DNA of 64,000 nt from Nitrospinales bacterium. Lineage in GTDB: Bacteria; Nitrospinota; Nitrospinia; Nitrospinales; VA-1. Each line of letters starts with the position of its first letter. Position 1 is the stretch's first letter. Shown in pieces: positions 1 through 9,063 of this stretch. A program made the position numbers and the translations under genes. The notes under the pieces are model-generated. The model was not told the origin of the DNA. It made no database searches and worked only from the letters and a program-made list of their open reading frames with translations. The DNA lies in NCBI GenBank assembly GCA_965223345.1, contig CBDCWG010000012.1, positions 3,200,001-3,264,000 on the forward strand, in the 5' to 3' direction.

Positions 1-1390
1 ACAGATCGACCTCGCCGCCCGCCTTGGCCGGTACGCCCTGGTTGCTGGCGGTGACAAAGATATTGCAGATGCGGGCGTGCGCGTACTGGATATAGAACAC
101 GGGGTTTTCCGGCGTTTCCTTTTTCGCCAGCTCCAGGTCGAAATCCAGGTGCGTGTCGGAGCTGCGCATCAGAAAGATGAAGCGCGCCGCATCGACGCCG
201 ACTTCGTCCACCACTTCCTTGAGGGTGACGAATTCGCCGGAGCGGGTGGACATGGACACCTTCTCATCGCCGCGCTTGAGGGTCACGAACTGCACCAATA
301 GCGCCTGGAACACGTTGCGGTCGTAGCCCAGCGCCTGCATCACCGCCTGCATGCGCGGCACGTAGCCGTGGTGGTCGGCGCCGAACAGGTCGATGAGCTG
401 GCCGAAGCCGCGCTCGATCTTGTTCTGGTGGTAGGCGATGTCGGAGCAGAAATAGGTGCGCTCGCCGTTCTGCTTGACGATGACGCGGTCCTTGTCGTCC
501 TTGAACGCCGAAGATTTCAGCCACACGGCGCCGTCCTTGTCGTAGACGTAGCCCTTCTCGCGCAGCCAGTCCAGCGCACGGTCCACCGAGTCGTCGTCGT
601 ACAGGGTCTGCTCGCTGAACCAGCGGTCGAACTCGACGCGGAATTCTTTCAGGTCCTGCTTGATGCCGCGCAATACCCAGTCGGCGGCGTGTTTGCGGAA
701 AAACGGCAGCACGGCCTCCTCATCCTTGCCGAGGTGCTCTTTGCCCTGCTTATCCACGATCTCCTGCGCGATGTCCCTGATGTAGTCGCCTTTGTAATGA
801 TCGTCGGGAAACTCGATGGTCTCGCCCAACAGCTCGCGGTAGCGCAGCCAGGTGGAGCGGCCCAGGATGTTCATCTGGTTGCCCACATCGTTGACGTAGT
901 ATTCGGTCTGGATGTCGTATCCCGCCTTCGCGAGGATCTTGCTCAGCGCGTTGCCGACGGCGGCGCCGCGTCCGTGGCCCACGTGCAGGGGGCCGGTGGG
1001 GTTGGCGCTGACGTATTCGATGAGCACTTTTTTGCCGAGGCCGATCTCGGAGCTGCCGAACGCGTCGCCCATTTCCTCGACCTGAAGCAGCCGCTTGAGG
1101 AAAAACGAGCGCGACATGGTGAGATTGATGAAGCCGGGCCCTGCGGTCTCGACGCTTTCGACCAGGCCGCCGCCGTTTTTCAGGTAGCGGCTCAGCACTT
1201 CGGCGATGGCGCGCGGGTTTTTGCGCTCGGGCTTGGCGAGCACCATGGCGAGGTTGGTGGAAAAATCACCCATTTTCGGGTCTTTGGGTTTTTCGACCAC
1301 GATCTCCGGCTCGTCCGCGCCGGTGAGTTCGCCCACGTCGCGGGCCTTGGCCCACGCGTCACGGACCATCTGTTTGACGGTGTGTTTCAT
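1..1390 (-). CDS. argS: Arginine--tRNA ligase (5' part; runs off the window's left edge)
   Basis: Not in the ORF track because there is no stop in the window. Manual translation from ATG at 1390 (MKHTVKQMV...) gives IEYVSANPTGPLHVGHGRGAA, the HIGH-type motif region of ArgRS. Confidence 0.95.
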   Translation of the reverse strand, partial: MKHTVKQMVRDAWAKARDVGELTGADEPEIVVEKPKDPKMGDFSTNLAMVLAKPERKNPRAIAEVLSRYLKNGGGLVESVETAGPGFINLTMSRSFFLKRLLQVEEMGDAFGSSEIGLGKKVLIEYVSANPTGPLHVGHGRGAAVGNALSKILAKAGYDIQTEYYVNDVGNQMNILGRSTWLRYRELLGETIEFPDDHYKGDYIRDIAQEIVDKQGKEHLGKDEEAVLPFFRKHAADWVLRGIKQDLKEFRVEFDRWFSEQTLYDDDSVDRALDWLREKGYVYDKDGAVWLKSSAFKDDKDRVIVKQNGERTYFCSDIAYHQNKIERGFGQLIDLFGADHHGYVPRMQAVMQALGYDRNVFQALLVQFVTLKRGDEKVSMSTRSGEFVTLKEVVDEVGVDAARFIFLMRSSDTHLDFDLELAKKETPENPVFYIQYAHARICNIFVTASNQGVPAKAGGEVDL

Positions 1391-1468
1391 GAATGTTGTA
1401 TCAATGCGCTGGAAATGAACGCGAGCCTGCCCGCTATCGCTTTCACGGTTCAGGATCGCGATGGATAT

Positions 1469-1783
1469 CTATTTTGTGCCGCCCCGGACGGCCTCGATCT
1501 TCTGTTCGCGCTCCGCTTCCAGGGCCTGCTTTTCCTCAAAAAATTGCTTTTTGAGTTCTTCTGCCACGACTTGCAATTCTTCAGGCGGGGTGCGGTCCGA
1601 CAATTTGTTCAGCTTGTCCTGCAGAGTGACGTCCCGGTCGGCGATCTTGGCTTTGTACTCGTTGCGGATCTCCTGGATCTCTTTTTTCTGAGCATCCGAA
1701 AGCTTTTTGTTTTTCTTGAGTTCCGGGACCAGCTTTTCGGATTTTTCCATGCTGAGTTCCCAGGCGCTTTTCAGACCGGACAT
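1469..1783 (-). CDS. Hypothetical charged helical protein (104 aa)
   Basis: Clean ORF MSGLKSAWELSMEK..., Lys/Glu-rich, with an AGGAG-like RBS upstream. Confidence 0.75.
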   Translation of the reverse strand: MSGLKSAWELSMEKSEKLVPELKKNKKLSDAQKKEIQEIRNEYKAKIADRDVTLQDKLNKLSDRTPPEELQVVAEELKKQFFEEKQALEAEREQKIEAVRGGTK

Positions 1784-2028
1784 GCGTGCTCTCCTAAGTT
1801 ACTCAAAGATTGAGTGTTATGATTATAAACCCAAAACGGCCTCAGACTCAATCGGAATTATTGCCCCAAGTGACTGATTTTTTTACCACTATTTGCGTAA
1901 CACGTGCGGGTGCAGGGCTTCGGGCCGTTTGGGGAGTTGGCCCGATTTTAGCACTTTTTTGGGGTTTTGCGCAGGCAAATCACGGCCGGTGCGGGACCGG
2001 GAACGGCGGGATGGTTTGCGTTAACGGG

Positions 2029-2337
2029 CTACTGGGCGTAGGCGGCGCAGTTGCCCCCCTCCCAGCGGGTGTTGACGATGGTCTGGGAGGCGGCATCGAC
2101 TTCCACCCAGGTGGTGCACTTGAGCAGAGCCAGGTCGGGGTTGCGGCGGAAATACACGTAGACGGTGTTGCCGCTGGCCGTGGTGTCTTTTTTGATCGGC
2201 GGCCCGTTTTGCGCGAGAAAATCCTCGATGGATTTGCCGTGCCAGTTTTTCAGCATGGTGTCGTAATGGCCGGACGTGGCGCAGCCGGCCAACAGAATCA
2301 GCACGAGAAAGCTGAAGAGAAACATCGTCGTACGCAT
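2029..2337 (-). CDS. Small hypothetical lipoprotein
   Basis: Hydrophobic signal with lipobox LAG-C, GGAGG RBS, two further Cys. Confidence 0.75.
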   Translation of the reverse strand: MRTTMFLFSFLVLILLAGCATSGHYDTMLKNWHGKSIEDFLAQNGPPIKKDTTASGNTVYVYFRRNPDLALLKCTTWVEVDAASQTIVNTRWEGGNCAAYAQ

Positions 2338-2360
2338 CGCTCACCTCCATAAAAGAAGGA

Positions 2361-3137
2361 TCAGTTGATCTGATAATCGACGAACCGGAACACGAGGGAT
2401 TGCAGCGTGCGTTCCTCCTGTTTGACGGTCTGCACGAGCTTTTTCACCAGCCAGAAGTTGTCCACCCGGCGGTAGGTGAATTCGCTGATTTCGGTGTATT
2501 CCAGTTCTCCCATCGTGAACTGCGCGCGGCTTTCGGCGATCAGCCATTTGCCGTCCTTGTCGGTGTAGCTCAGGCGGCTTTTGACTTGCGCAGGGGCGTT
2601 CCTCTGGGTGATGCGCAGCCGGGGGATGGAAAGCCGGTCGAGATCGACCAGCATCTCGTATTTCTGCACGGCGTCGCCGGGTGAGGGAGAGCGGAACTCC
2701 ATGACGACGTTTTTCCTGCGCGTCTGCTTCAAACTGCCCTGGTAGGCGGCGACTTTTTCGCCCAGGGTTTTGGGGACGATCAGTTCCTTGTAGTGCTCCA
2801 GCATGTTCAGCACTTCCCGCTTGCGTTGGCTGGAAATCTCGAACGCCGACTCTTCCAGCTCGATCACACGCCGCACGCCGCCGTCGAAGCGCTCCCAGGT
2901 GAAGCGGGCCGGTGGATTTTTCAGATAGCGGCCGTTTCCGGTCACGGTGTCGAGCTGTTCCCAGTCCACCCGCACGCTGAGCTTTTTCAGCCCCTGCCGC
3001 TGGGGGTAATAATAACGCTCATCGAGGGTTTCAATCAGCGCATCCGGGGTTTTGAAGTCGAGCGCCGCGTGACCGGTGGCGTGCAGCAGCATCCCGGCGA
3101 GGGTCAACAACAGTATCCGTCTGTTTCGAAGCGCCAA
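2361..3137 (-). CDS. Exported hypothetical protein (beta-rich, 258 aa)
   Basis: Signal peptide ending GHA-A, TTG start, co-oriented in the 5766->2029 gene string. Confidence 0.7.
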   Translation of the reverse strand: MALRNRRILLLTLAGMLLHATGHAALDFKTPDALIETLDERYYYPQRQGLKKLSVRVDWEQLDTVTGNGRYLKNPPARFTWERFDGGVRRVIELEESAFEISSQRKREVLNMLEHYKELIVPKTLGEKVAAYQGSLKQTRRKNVVMEFRSPSPGDAVQKYEMLVDLDRLSIPRLRITQRNAPAQVKSRLSYTDKDGKWLIAESRAQFTMGELEYTEISEFTYRRVDNFWLVKKLVQTVKQEERTLQSLVFRFVDYQIN

Positions 3138-3160
3138 AATGGAGGTTTCCTTCTATCCGT

Positions 3161-3706
3161 TCACTGCTTCAGGGACTGCATGACCTGAATGGAGTCGGGG
3201 CTGTCCCACACCCGGGCTCCGGAGGCAAAGCCTTTCAGCTTGCCGTCGCCGTCGATCAGGTAGGTGGTCGGCAGTCCCATGATGAAATAGCTGCGGCGCA
3301 CCTTCTGATCCGGATCCAGCAGAATGGGAAAGGTGAGCTTGTACTGCTCCACGTATTTGCGGATGCGGTCGAAGTTGCTGCGGTCGATCGAGATGGCCAC
3401 CACTTCGACCCCCTGGTCCTTCAGCGTCTCATACAGCCGCTGCATGGAGGGCAATTCCTCCTTGCAGGCCTCGCACCAGGTGGCCCAGAAGTTCAGCAGG
3501 ATGGGCTTGCCGCGAAAATCCCTGAGATCCACGGTCTCGCCGTGGATGTTCTGCAGGGAGAAACCGGGGGCGTTTTTCTCGATCCGCGGTTTCACGATGC
3601 CCATGTTCTCGAAGGTGCTCTGGGAAGCCAGAACCGTCGTCGCCACGGCGCCGACCAGCACAAGCGCCGCAATCCAGAAACCTGCCAGCCGCAATTTGGA
3701 TTTCAT
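3161..3706 (-). CDS. TlpA/ResA-like periplasmic thiol-disulfide oxidoreductase
   Basis: LLNFWATWCEAC motif, cis-Pro loop GLPTTYLID, N-terminal signal/anchor. Confidence 0.9.
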   Translation of the reverse strand: MKSKLRLAGFWIAALVLVGAVATTVLASQSTFENMGIVKPRIEKNAPGFSLQNIHGETVDLRDFRGKPILLNFWATWCEACKEELPSMQRLYETLKDQGVEVVAISIDRSNFDRIRKYVEQYKLTFPILLDPDQKVRRSYFIMGLPTTYLIDGDGKLKGFASGARVWDSPDSIQVMQSLKQ

Positions 3707-3718
3707 ATGTTCGATCTC

Positions 3719-3991
3719 CTAGCGGGCGTTGCGGTGCAGATACGCCCGGATGGTGGATTTGTCTTCGGAAGAAAACGCGACATTGCGCTCCTGCATGATG
3801 TTTTCCATCCAGGCCAGAATGCCGTCCCATTCTTCCTTGCTGTGCCGTCCCGGATGCGGCCAGGAATGGCATTTGGTGCACTGCTTCATGAAGACCGCCT
3901 GGTCGGCGGAGCCTTCCTCGGGAAGGCCCGCGCAACCAGACAGAACACTCACAATCAGCATACTGCAAAAAATCGAGCCGAGTTTTCGCAT
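3719..3991 (-). CDS. Small monoheme c-type cytochrome, lipoprotein
   Basis: Single CTKCH heme motif, lipobox LSG-C, downstream W..(I)L.WM segment. Start taken at MRKLG (alternative 4009). Confidence 0.8.
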   Translation of the reverse strand: MRKLGSIFCSMLIVSVLSGCAGLPEEGSADQAVFMKQCTKCHSWPHPGRHSKEEWDGILAWMENIMQERNVAFSSEDKSTIRAYLHRNAR

Positions 3992-4005
3992 TTTTATCAC
4001 CCCGT

Positions 4006-5163
4006 TCAAAAGCCCAGTTGTTCAGGCGGTTTGAACCCGGTGTAGCGGCGGCTCTTCTTGGTCGGCACCTCGATGTAGTAGGTGAACTGGATCATCCAGT
4101 CGTCCCTGAGCTGAGGTCCCGCCAGGTCGTTGTGAATCGGCAGCGTGGCCACCAGTTCCATGATGTGCAGCGGAATCGGCTGGAACTGGAAACCGAAGGT
4201 CACGCCGATGCGGTGCCCGCCGTAATTCTGCGGGTCGAACAGCGGGCTCAGGAACCCGTTGTTCGGGTTGAATCCCGCGTGGCCCTCGCCGTTCACGCGC
4301 TGGTTGAAGGGCTCGTCGCTGTACTGGCCCTCGGCCCAGCCCTGCAGCTCCGCGAGCAGCACCACTTTAGGATGGATCTGGCGCATGACGTAAAAGTCGT
4401 ACTGAAATTCCTGGCCGCGGTGGTAGCCCTGGCTGTTGTCGTACAGATGCGCTTCCAGCTTGAGGTTCATGCCGTACCACCAGGGGTCCTTCGAGCCCTG
4501 ATAGGTCAGGCCGATGATGGGGTCCACGGTGCCGCTGCCGGTCTGCATGCGAAACGGCAGGATCGTGCCGTTCTGGCCGGGCACCGGGTTGCGGCTGAAC
4601 TTCTTGTTGATGGAGCCCGTGGGCAGAGACAGCCCGAACAGCATGGACACCTGGTTGGTGGGCGCCAGGTCGTCGTTCGCGTACAGCCGGTATTTGCCCA
4701 GCAGGGTGAGGTCGCTGATGCCGTCTGAGAACATGGTGAAGCCTTTTTGCCCGGTGGACGCCTGCAGCGGCTGGTTGAACTCCATGTCCATCTCGTTGCG
4801 GATGTAGCTCAGCATCATCATGCCGGCGAAATTGTCCGTGAACGAATAGGCGACCGAGCCCATGGTCATGTAGGTACGCATCCGTTCGGGAGCGACCGCG
4901 AAGGTGGTGCCGTTCGGCGGGCCCAAAAGATCCGCGTTGAGCAGATCGTCGGTGCCGTCGCGCAGCGGTCCCATCTGCATGAACATCTGGCTGAGCTTGA
5001 AACGGAATTCGTGCGTTTCCGGGATGCCGCCGCCGGGAATGTTCATGGGCATGTTGCCGCCGCAATGGGCGCAACACAGTCCCACATAGGCCTGGGCCAG
5101 CGGAGCGAACAGCAAAACGAACAATCCGCTCAACAGGGTTGAGAATGCTTTCTTGTGTGCCAT
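4006..5163 (-). CDS. Putative outer-membrane beta-barrel transporter with Cys/Met-rich N-terminus
   Basis: Signal peptide AQA-Y. Mature N-terminus has CCAHC and MPM. GISDLTLLGKYRL, GLSLPTG and GSGTVD segments are typical of the MetA-pathway/'transporter' barrel family. C-terminal Phe. Confidence 0.65.
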   Translation of the reverse strand: MAHKKAFSTLLSGLFVLLFAPLAQAYVGLCCAHCGGNMPMNIPGGGIPETHEFRFKLSQMFMQMGPLRDGTDDLLNADLLGPPNGTTFAVAPERMRTYMTMGSVAYSFTDNFAGMMMLSYIRNEMDMEFNQPLQASTGQKGFTMFSDGISDLTLLGKYRLYANDDLAPTNQVSMLFGLSLPTGSINKKFSRNPVPGQNGTILPFRMQTGSGTVDPIIGLTYQGSKDPWWYGMNLKLEAHLYDNSQGYHRGQEFQYDFYVMRQIHPKVVLLAELQGWAEGQYSDEPFNQRVNGEGHAGFNPNNGFLSPLFDPQNYGGHRIGVTFGFQFQPIPLHIMELVATLPIHNDLAGPQLRDDWMIQFTYYIEVPTKKSRRYTGFKPPEQLGF

Positions 5164-5334
5164 GATGACTTCCTCGAAAAAAGAAATAGAACGATCCCCT
5201 CTCAAAGAGAGGTGAAGTGCATTGGGAGCGATTCAATCCTCACACGCCGGCTGACGATTGGTTTTCGTTCAAAGACGAAAGCGCTCACGCCCGCACGGGC
5301 CAGCACGAGGGAATGAAAAAAGAGTGGGTTTGGA

Positions 5335-5766
5335 TTACAGCGATCGTGGAGGGGGATCGTTCAGGTCGAGGTAAAGCGTGGGCAGCATCGAGGCGGCGAT
5401 ACCTATGCGGCCGGATTCCGGCAATCCCGGGGATGCCGGGGCGTTGTGGGAGGAGGTCATCTCCTTGACCACGGGGGATCCGGACGCAACCGGAGACAAT
5501 GGATCCGATGCACAGGGTTTGCCGATCCGGGGAACTTGCTTTCCGGATAACTCATGCGGACAGATGTGGTTGAAATGGCCCTTCAAAACGCAATGGACGG
5601 GGCGGGTGTCCGTTCGGGCCTTTTGCGGGGAATCGAAGGGCGACGCCGGTGCGGTCATTGCCCTGTGATCGTTCCCGTGATCGTGGTGCACCGATCCCAC
5701 GGCGTCCGGCGCCTGGATCAGCAGGCCGGCCAGAAAAAACAATGTGAGGATCAGCAAGTTGCGCAT
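5335..5766 (-). CDS. Exported His/Cys-rich protein with C-terminal PPP (DUF2946/CutF-like leader candidate)
   Basis: Signal peptide, HHDHGNDH, HCVLKGHFNHICPH, ends DLNDPPPRSL, lies directly upstream of the barrel gene. Confidence 0.6.
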   Translation of the reverse strand: MRNLLILTLFFLAGLLIQAPDAVGSVHHDHGNDHRAMTAPASPFDSPQKARTDTRPVHCVLKGHFNHICPHELSGKQVPRIGKPCASDPLSPVASGSPVVKEMTSSHNAPASPGLPESGRIGIAASMLPTLYLDLNDPPPRSL

Positions 5767-6062
5767 GACAAAAGTGTATGCGGCGAAAACCATTGGCGGT
5801 TTTTGCCGCGTTTTCCCCGCGGTCCGGCTCCACAGGGAGATAAAGTCTGTCAATCCAATCGGATGGATTAATCCGGATTATAGATCCGCTCGCCGTAAGG
5901 TGTCAAGCCTTTCCGATTCAATTCGATGCCGCTATTTTCGCCGCTTCCGGCGTGTTTTATCTTTCACCGGAACACTTTGAAAATTAATATCTGCGGCGGG
6001 GAACCGGGCCGCGTTGCGCAAACCATTTGTTCTGAATCCAGCCATTTGTTATTCTTTCCATT

Positions 6063-6821
6063 ATGACGGAACCGCCGAGCCGATCCGAACTGCTGCGGGA
6101 GCTGAAAAACTATCTGCTTTTTCTGAAAGAATGCGGGTACACCGAAGTCCCGTACGAAAAGGACCTCTCTCTGACGCCCCCGGTCCCCACCGCGCCGCAG
6201 CCGATATCCACCCCCAGCCAGCCTGAATCCATGACGCCACCGCAGACCGCCAAGTCCAAATCCGACCTTTTGTCCGACATCCGCGCCGAGCTGGGCGACT
6301 GCCAGCGCTGCAAGCTGTGTGAAGGGCGCAACAAAATCGTGTTCGGCTCCGGAAACCCCGAAGCGGACCTGGTGTTCGTGGGCGAGGGCCCGGGAGCGGA
6401 CGAGGACGCCCAGGGACTGCCGTTCGTGGGCCGGGCCGGGAAGAAGCTCACGGAGATCATCGAAAAAGGCATGCAGCTCGACCGGCAGCAGGACACCTAC
6501 ATCTGCAACATCGTCAAATGCCGCCCTCCGGGCAACCGCGACCCGGAACGCGACGAGGTGGATGCCTGTAAGCCTTTTTTAGTCAAACAGCTCAAGGCGA
6601 TCCAGCCGAAAGCCATCGTGGCGCTGGGCAAACCGGCGGCGACGACGCTGCTCGGCCGGGCTGTGGCTATCACCAAGGAACGCGGCACCTGGCACGAATA
6701 CGAAGGCATCCCGCTCATGCTGACCTTTCACCCCGCCTACCTGCTGCGGTTTTACACGGTGGAAAACCGGCGCGCGGTGATGGACGACATGAACAAGGTT
6801 CTGGAACGCCTGCGGGAGTGA
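6063..6821 (+). CDS. Uracil-DNA glycosylase family 4 ([4Fe-4S])
   Basis: CxxCxL, GEGPG, PFVGRAG, KCRPPGNR and HPAYLLR motifs. Confidence 0.93.
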   Translation: MTEPPSRSELLRELKNYLLFLKECGYTEVPYEKDLSLTPPVPTAPQPISTPSQPESMTPPQTAKSKSDLLSDIRAELGDCQRCKLCEGRNKIVFGSGNPEADLVFVGEGPGADEDAQGLPFVGRAGKKLTEIIEKGMQLDRQQDTYICNIVKCRPPGNRDPERDEVDACKPFLVKQLKAIQPKAIVALGKPAATTLLGRAVAITKERGTWHEYEGIPLMLTFHPAYLLRFYTVENRRAVMDDMNKVLERLRE

Positions 6822-6901
6822 ATCGCGAATCTTTGCGTCCTTCAGCACATTTTTGCGGATTGGGGATTCAAATGACAGCGACGCAACGCCTGCGGGAGTG
6901 A
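6805..6901 (+). repeat. 17-bp direct repeat AACGCCTGCGGGAGTGA (6805-6821 and 6885-6901)
   Basis: Two exact copies 80 bp apart. The first comprises the last codons and stop of the UDG gene. Confidence 0.85.
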
Positions 6902-6911
6902 GGAGAAACCG

Positions 6912-7463
6912 GTGGCGCAAACGAGAATCCGCATCGGGGTGATCGGATCGGGCAAGGACCCGCTCACGCATCTGAGTCAACCGCTGGGGCAGTGGATCGC
7001 CGAAAGCGGATACGATCTGGTCAACGGCGGCGGTCAGGGCGTGATGGCGGCGACGGCGTACGCGTTCTCGCAGGTACCGGACCGCAAGGGCCTCGCCATC
7101 GGCATCCTGCCAGCGCAGGATTTCTGCGACCACGGCGACGCCCGCGCCGAATACACGCCGCCCCGGGGCTACCCCAACGACCACATCGATCTTCCCATCC
7201 GCACCCACCTGCCGCTTTCGGGCTCGCTCGGCAAAGACACCGCCAGCCGCAACCACATCATCGTGCTGACCGCGGATTGCCTGGTCGCGCTGCCGGGCAC
7301 CGCCGGCACCCAGTCGGAGATCGAGCTGGCGCTGGAATACGAGAAGCCGCTGGTCGCGGTGAGCCCGCAGGGAGAATGGGAGGACTACGCCTCGCGCACG
7401 AAGGTGGTCCCTACCCTGGACGAAGCGGTGCAGTGGCTGGAAGAAAAAGTGGCGGCGCTTTAG
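6912..7463 (+). CDS. SLOG/LOG-superfamily Rossmann-fold nucleotide-binding protein
   Basis: IGVIGSG, GGGQGVM, IGILP, RNHIIV and PGTAGTQSE motifs. Confidence 0.8.
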   Translation: MAQTRIRIGVIGSGKDPLTHLSQPLGQWIAESGYDLVNGGGQGVMAATAYAFSQVPDRKGLAIGILPAQDFCDHGDARAEYTPPRGYPNDHIDLPIRTHLPLSGSLGKDTASRNHIIVLTADCLVALPGTAGTQSEIELALEYEKPLVAVSPQGEWEDYASRTKVVPTLDEAVQWLEEKVAAL

Positions 7464-7472
7464 TTTTTCATT

Positions 7473-7500
7473 TGTCACCCTGAGCTTCTCGAAGGGTGCC
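7473..7500 (+). repeat. REP-like extragenic palindrome, single copy
   Basis: TGTCACCCTGAGCTTCTCGAAGGGTGCC matches the reverse complement of 41090-41117 at 27/28 positions. Confidence 0.8.
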
Positions 7501-7553
7501 GTTGATCGAGCTGGCGCCCGGATACGAAAACCCGCTGGTCATTGTGAGTTTCG

Positions 7554-7590
7554 AAAGGGAAAAGGGGAAAAGATTTTCCCCTTTCCCTTT
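7554..7590. terminator. Probable bidirectional intrinsic terminator
   Basis: AAAGGGAAAAGGGGAAAA / TTTTCCCCTTTCCCTTT inverted repeat between convergent genes. Confidence 0.7.
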
Positions 7591-7626
7591 GCGTGAGCCG
7601 GTCAGACGATGAGGTCCCGGCCACAA

Positions 7627-8784
7627 TCAATCATCCCAGTCTTCGCCTCTGTCATGCCCGCGATCACGATCGTAACGCGGCCGATGGGGCCAATGGGGCC
7701 GATCTTCCTCTGTCACGCTCAGCTGCCTTGAGGGAACGCAGAGCACATCGGGCCGGCTGAGTTTGAACTCCTGCTCACCGAACTGGTTGACGATTTCGAT
7801 TTTCAGTCTATCGCTTCCCCTTGTCCACACCCGGTAACAGGTCAGAGCGTTGTCGGCATTGATGATGCCTTCACCGTTCTTGTCCACGGGCACGCAATAG
7901 GACTCCGCCCTTCGGCTCAGCCGGACATTATCCCTGTCAATGAACGGATCCTTAAGATCCACCTTGAGGCGGTCGAGCCGGGTGGCGCGATCGACGTCAT
8001 AGCACAGAAAATGATCGATCGCGGGACCGACCGGTTCGGCGTCGCCAACTAGGATCTGGATTTCAGCCCGCGCCACCACCTCCCCTTCCGCATTTCTTGC
8101 CAGAAGATAAATGATGTAGTTCCCGTCCACCGTGGGATCGAACCCGCTAAAAGGAGGGATATCGTCGAAAAATTCGTAGTTCCATGAATTCTGGGCGACG
8201 TTGTTGTCCTCCAGCAAATCCAGATAGTCCGATGCGTTACTGGCGGAAATTCCGCCGCCGTTTGCGGTGCTGTTGTTGCCAATGGCGTGATCGTAAATAG
8301 GATCGGGTAGCGGATCGGGGTTGATGTTGTCGAAAATGAGGAAGGTTGCGCCAGGGCCCGGATCGAAATCCAGCCCCAGCTCGTAGGTGAGATCATCCAG
8401 GTTGAGTCCGGAACTGCCGTCGAAGTTGGTGTTGACCGACCATTCGAAACTCCACTCCGGTGTGTTGTTGGGTGGTTCGTCGAAGCTGAATCCAACGGCA
8501 TTGCGAGCGGCGAAATTATAGGTTCCGTTGCTGTTGCTGTTGAAGGTGTTTTCGGGGTTGTTGAGGGCATTGAACCGGAGTTTGCCCCGCAGCCCGATTT
8601 CGACGCCGTTGCGGCGATCGGTGATGAAGCTTCCGTTGAGGTTGCCGGAGCCGAAGATCACCTCCGGAGTGACGTCTTGCTCGTACTGGACAACGGCTGA
8701 AGCGCCGGTGGTTCCCCAGACTGTAAAGACAAAGAGAGCCGACACCGCAAGCAGGATGGATTTCAGATTTCCCAGCAATTTCAT
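7627..8784 (-). CDS. Secreted two-domain hypothetical protein
   Basis: Signal peptide ASA-V, an acidic Asn/Asp-rich domain, then an internally repeated CY...CVP domain and a His/Arg/Asp tail. Start taken at MKLLG. Confidence 0.8.
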   Translation of the reverse strand: MKLLGNLKSILLAVSALFVFTVWGTTGASAVVQYEQDVTPEVIFGSGNLNGSFITDRRNGVEIGLRGKLRFNALNNPENTFNSNSNGTYNFAARNAVGFSFDEPPNNTPEWSFEWSVNTNFDGSSGLNLDDLTYELGLDFDPGPGATFLIFDNINPDPLPDPIYDHAIGNNSTANGGGISASNASDYLDLLEDNNVAQNSWNYEFFDDIPPFSGFDPTVDGNYIIYLLARNAEGEVVARAEIQILVGDAEPVGPAIDHFLCYDVDRATRLDRLKVDLKDPFIDRDNVRLSRRAESYCVPVDKNGEGIINADNALTCYRVWTRGSDRLKIEIVNQFGEQEFKLSRPDVLCVPSRQLSVTEEDRPHWPHRPRYDRDRGHDRGEDWDD

Positions 8785-9063
8785 AGGATTCTCTCCTCTC
8801 AATGAACTTGAATTTTGTGGAACTTGAGCGGACTCAACTGCGCGGCGTGCGGGTAATCAAGAAACCTGGGGGGATCGACAATCGAGGGCAAAAGAAACAA
8901 TTGCCATACCTTCTTAACGGCAGTTATTTCTGAGGATGTATTGGATAATCCGATTTTTTTCGGGAATCGGAATATTTTTTCGAATTTCAAAACCGCTCTG
9001 TGAAAAGAAATTTCACATGGCGATGGGCCGGGGAAATCGATCAGCCTGCCGTGTCGTGGGCGG

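Noticed and set aside
368..1813. 481-aa plus-strand ORF
   Set aside because: Antisense shadow of argS and the 104-aa gene, with no motifs of its own.
8885..8910. Possible sigma54 promoter on the minus strand upstream of the 8784 gene
   Set aside because: GG-to-GC spacing is not 10 nt.
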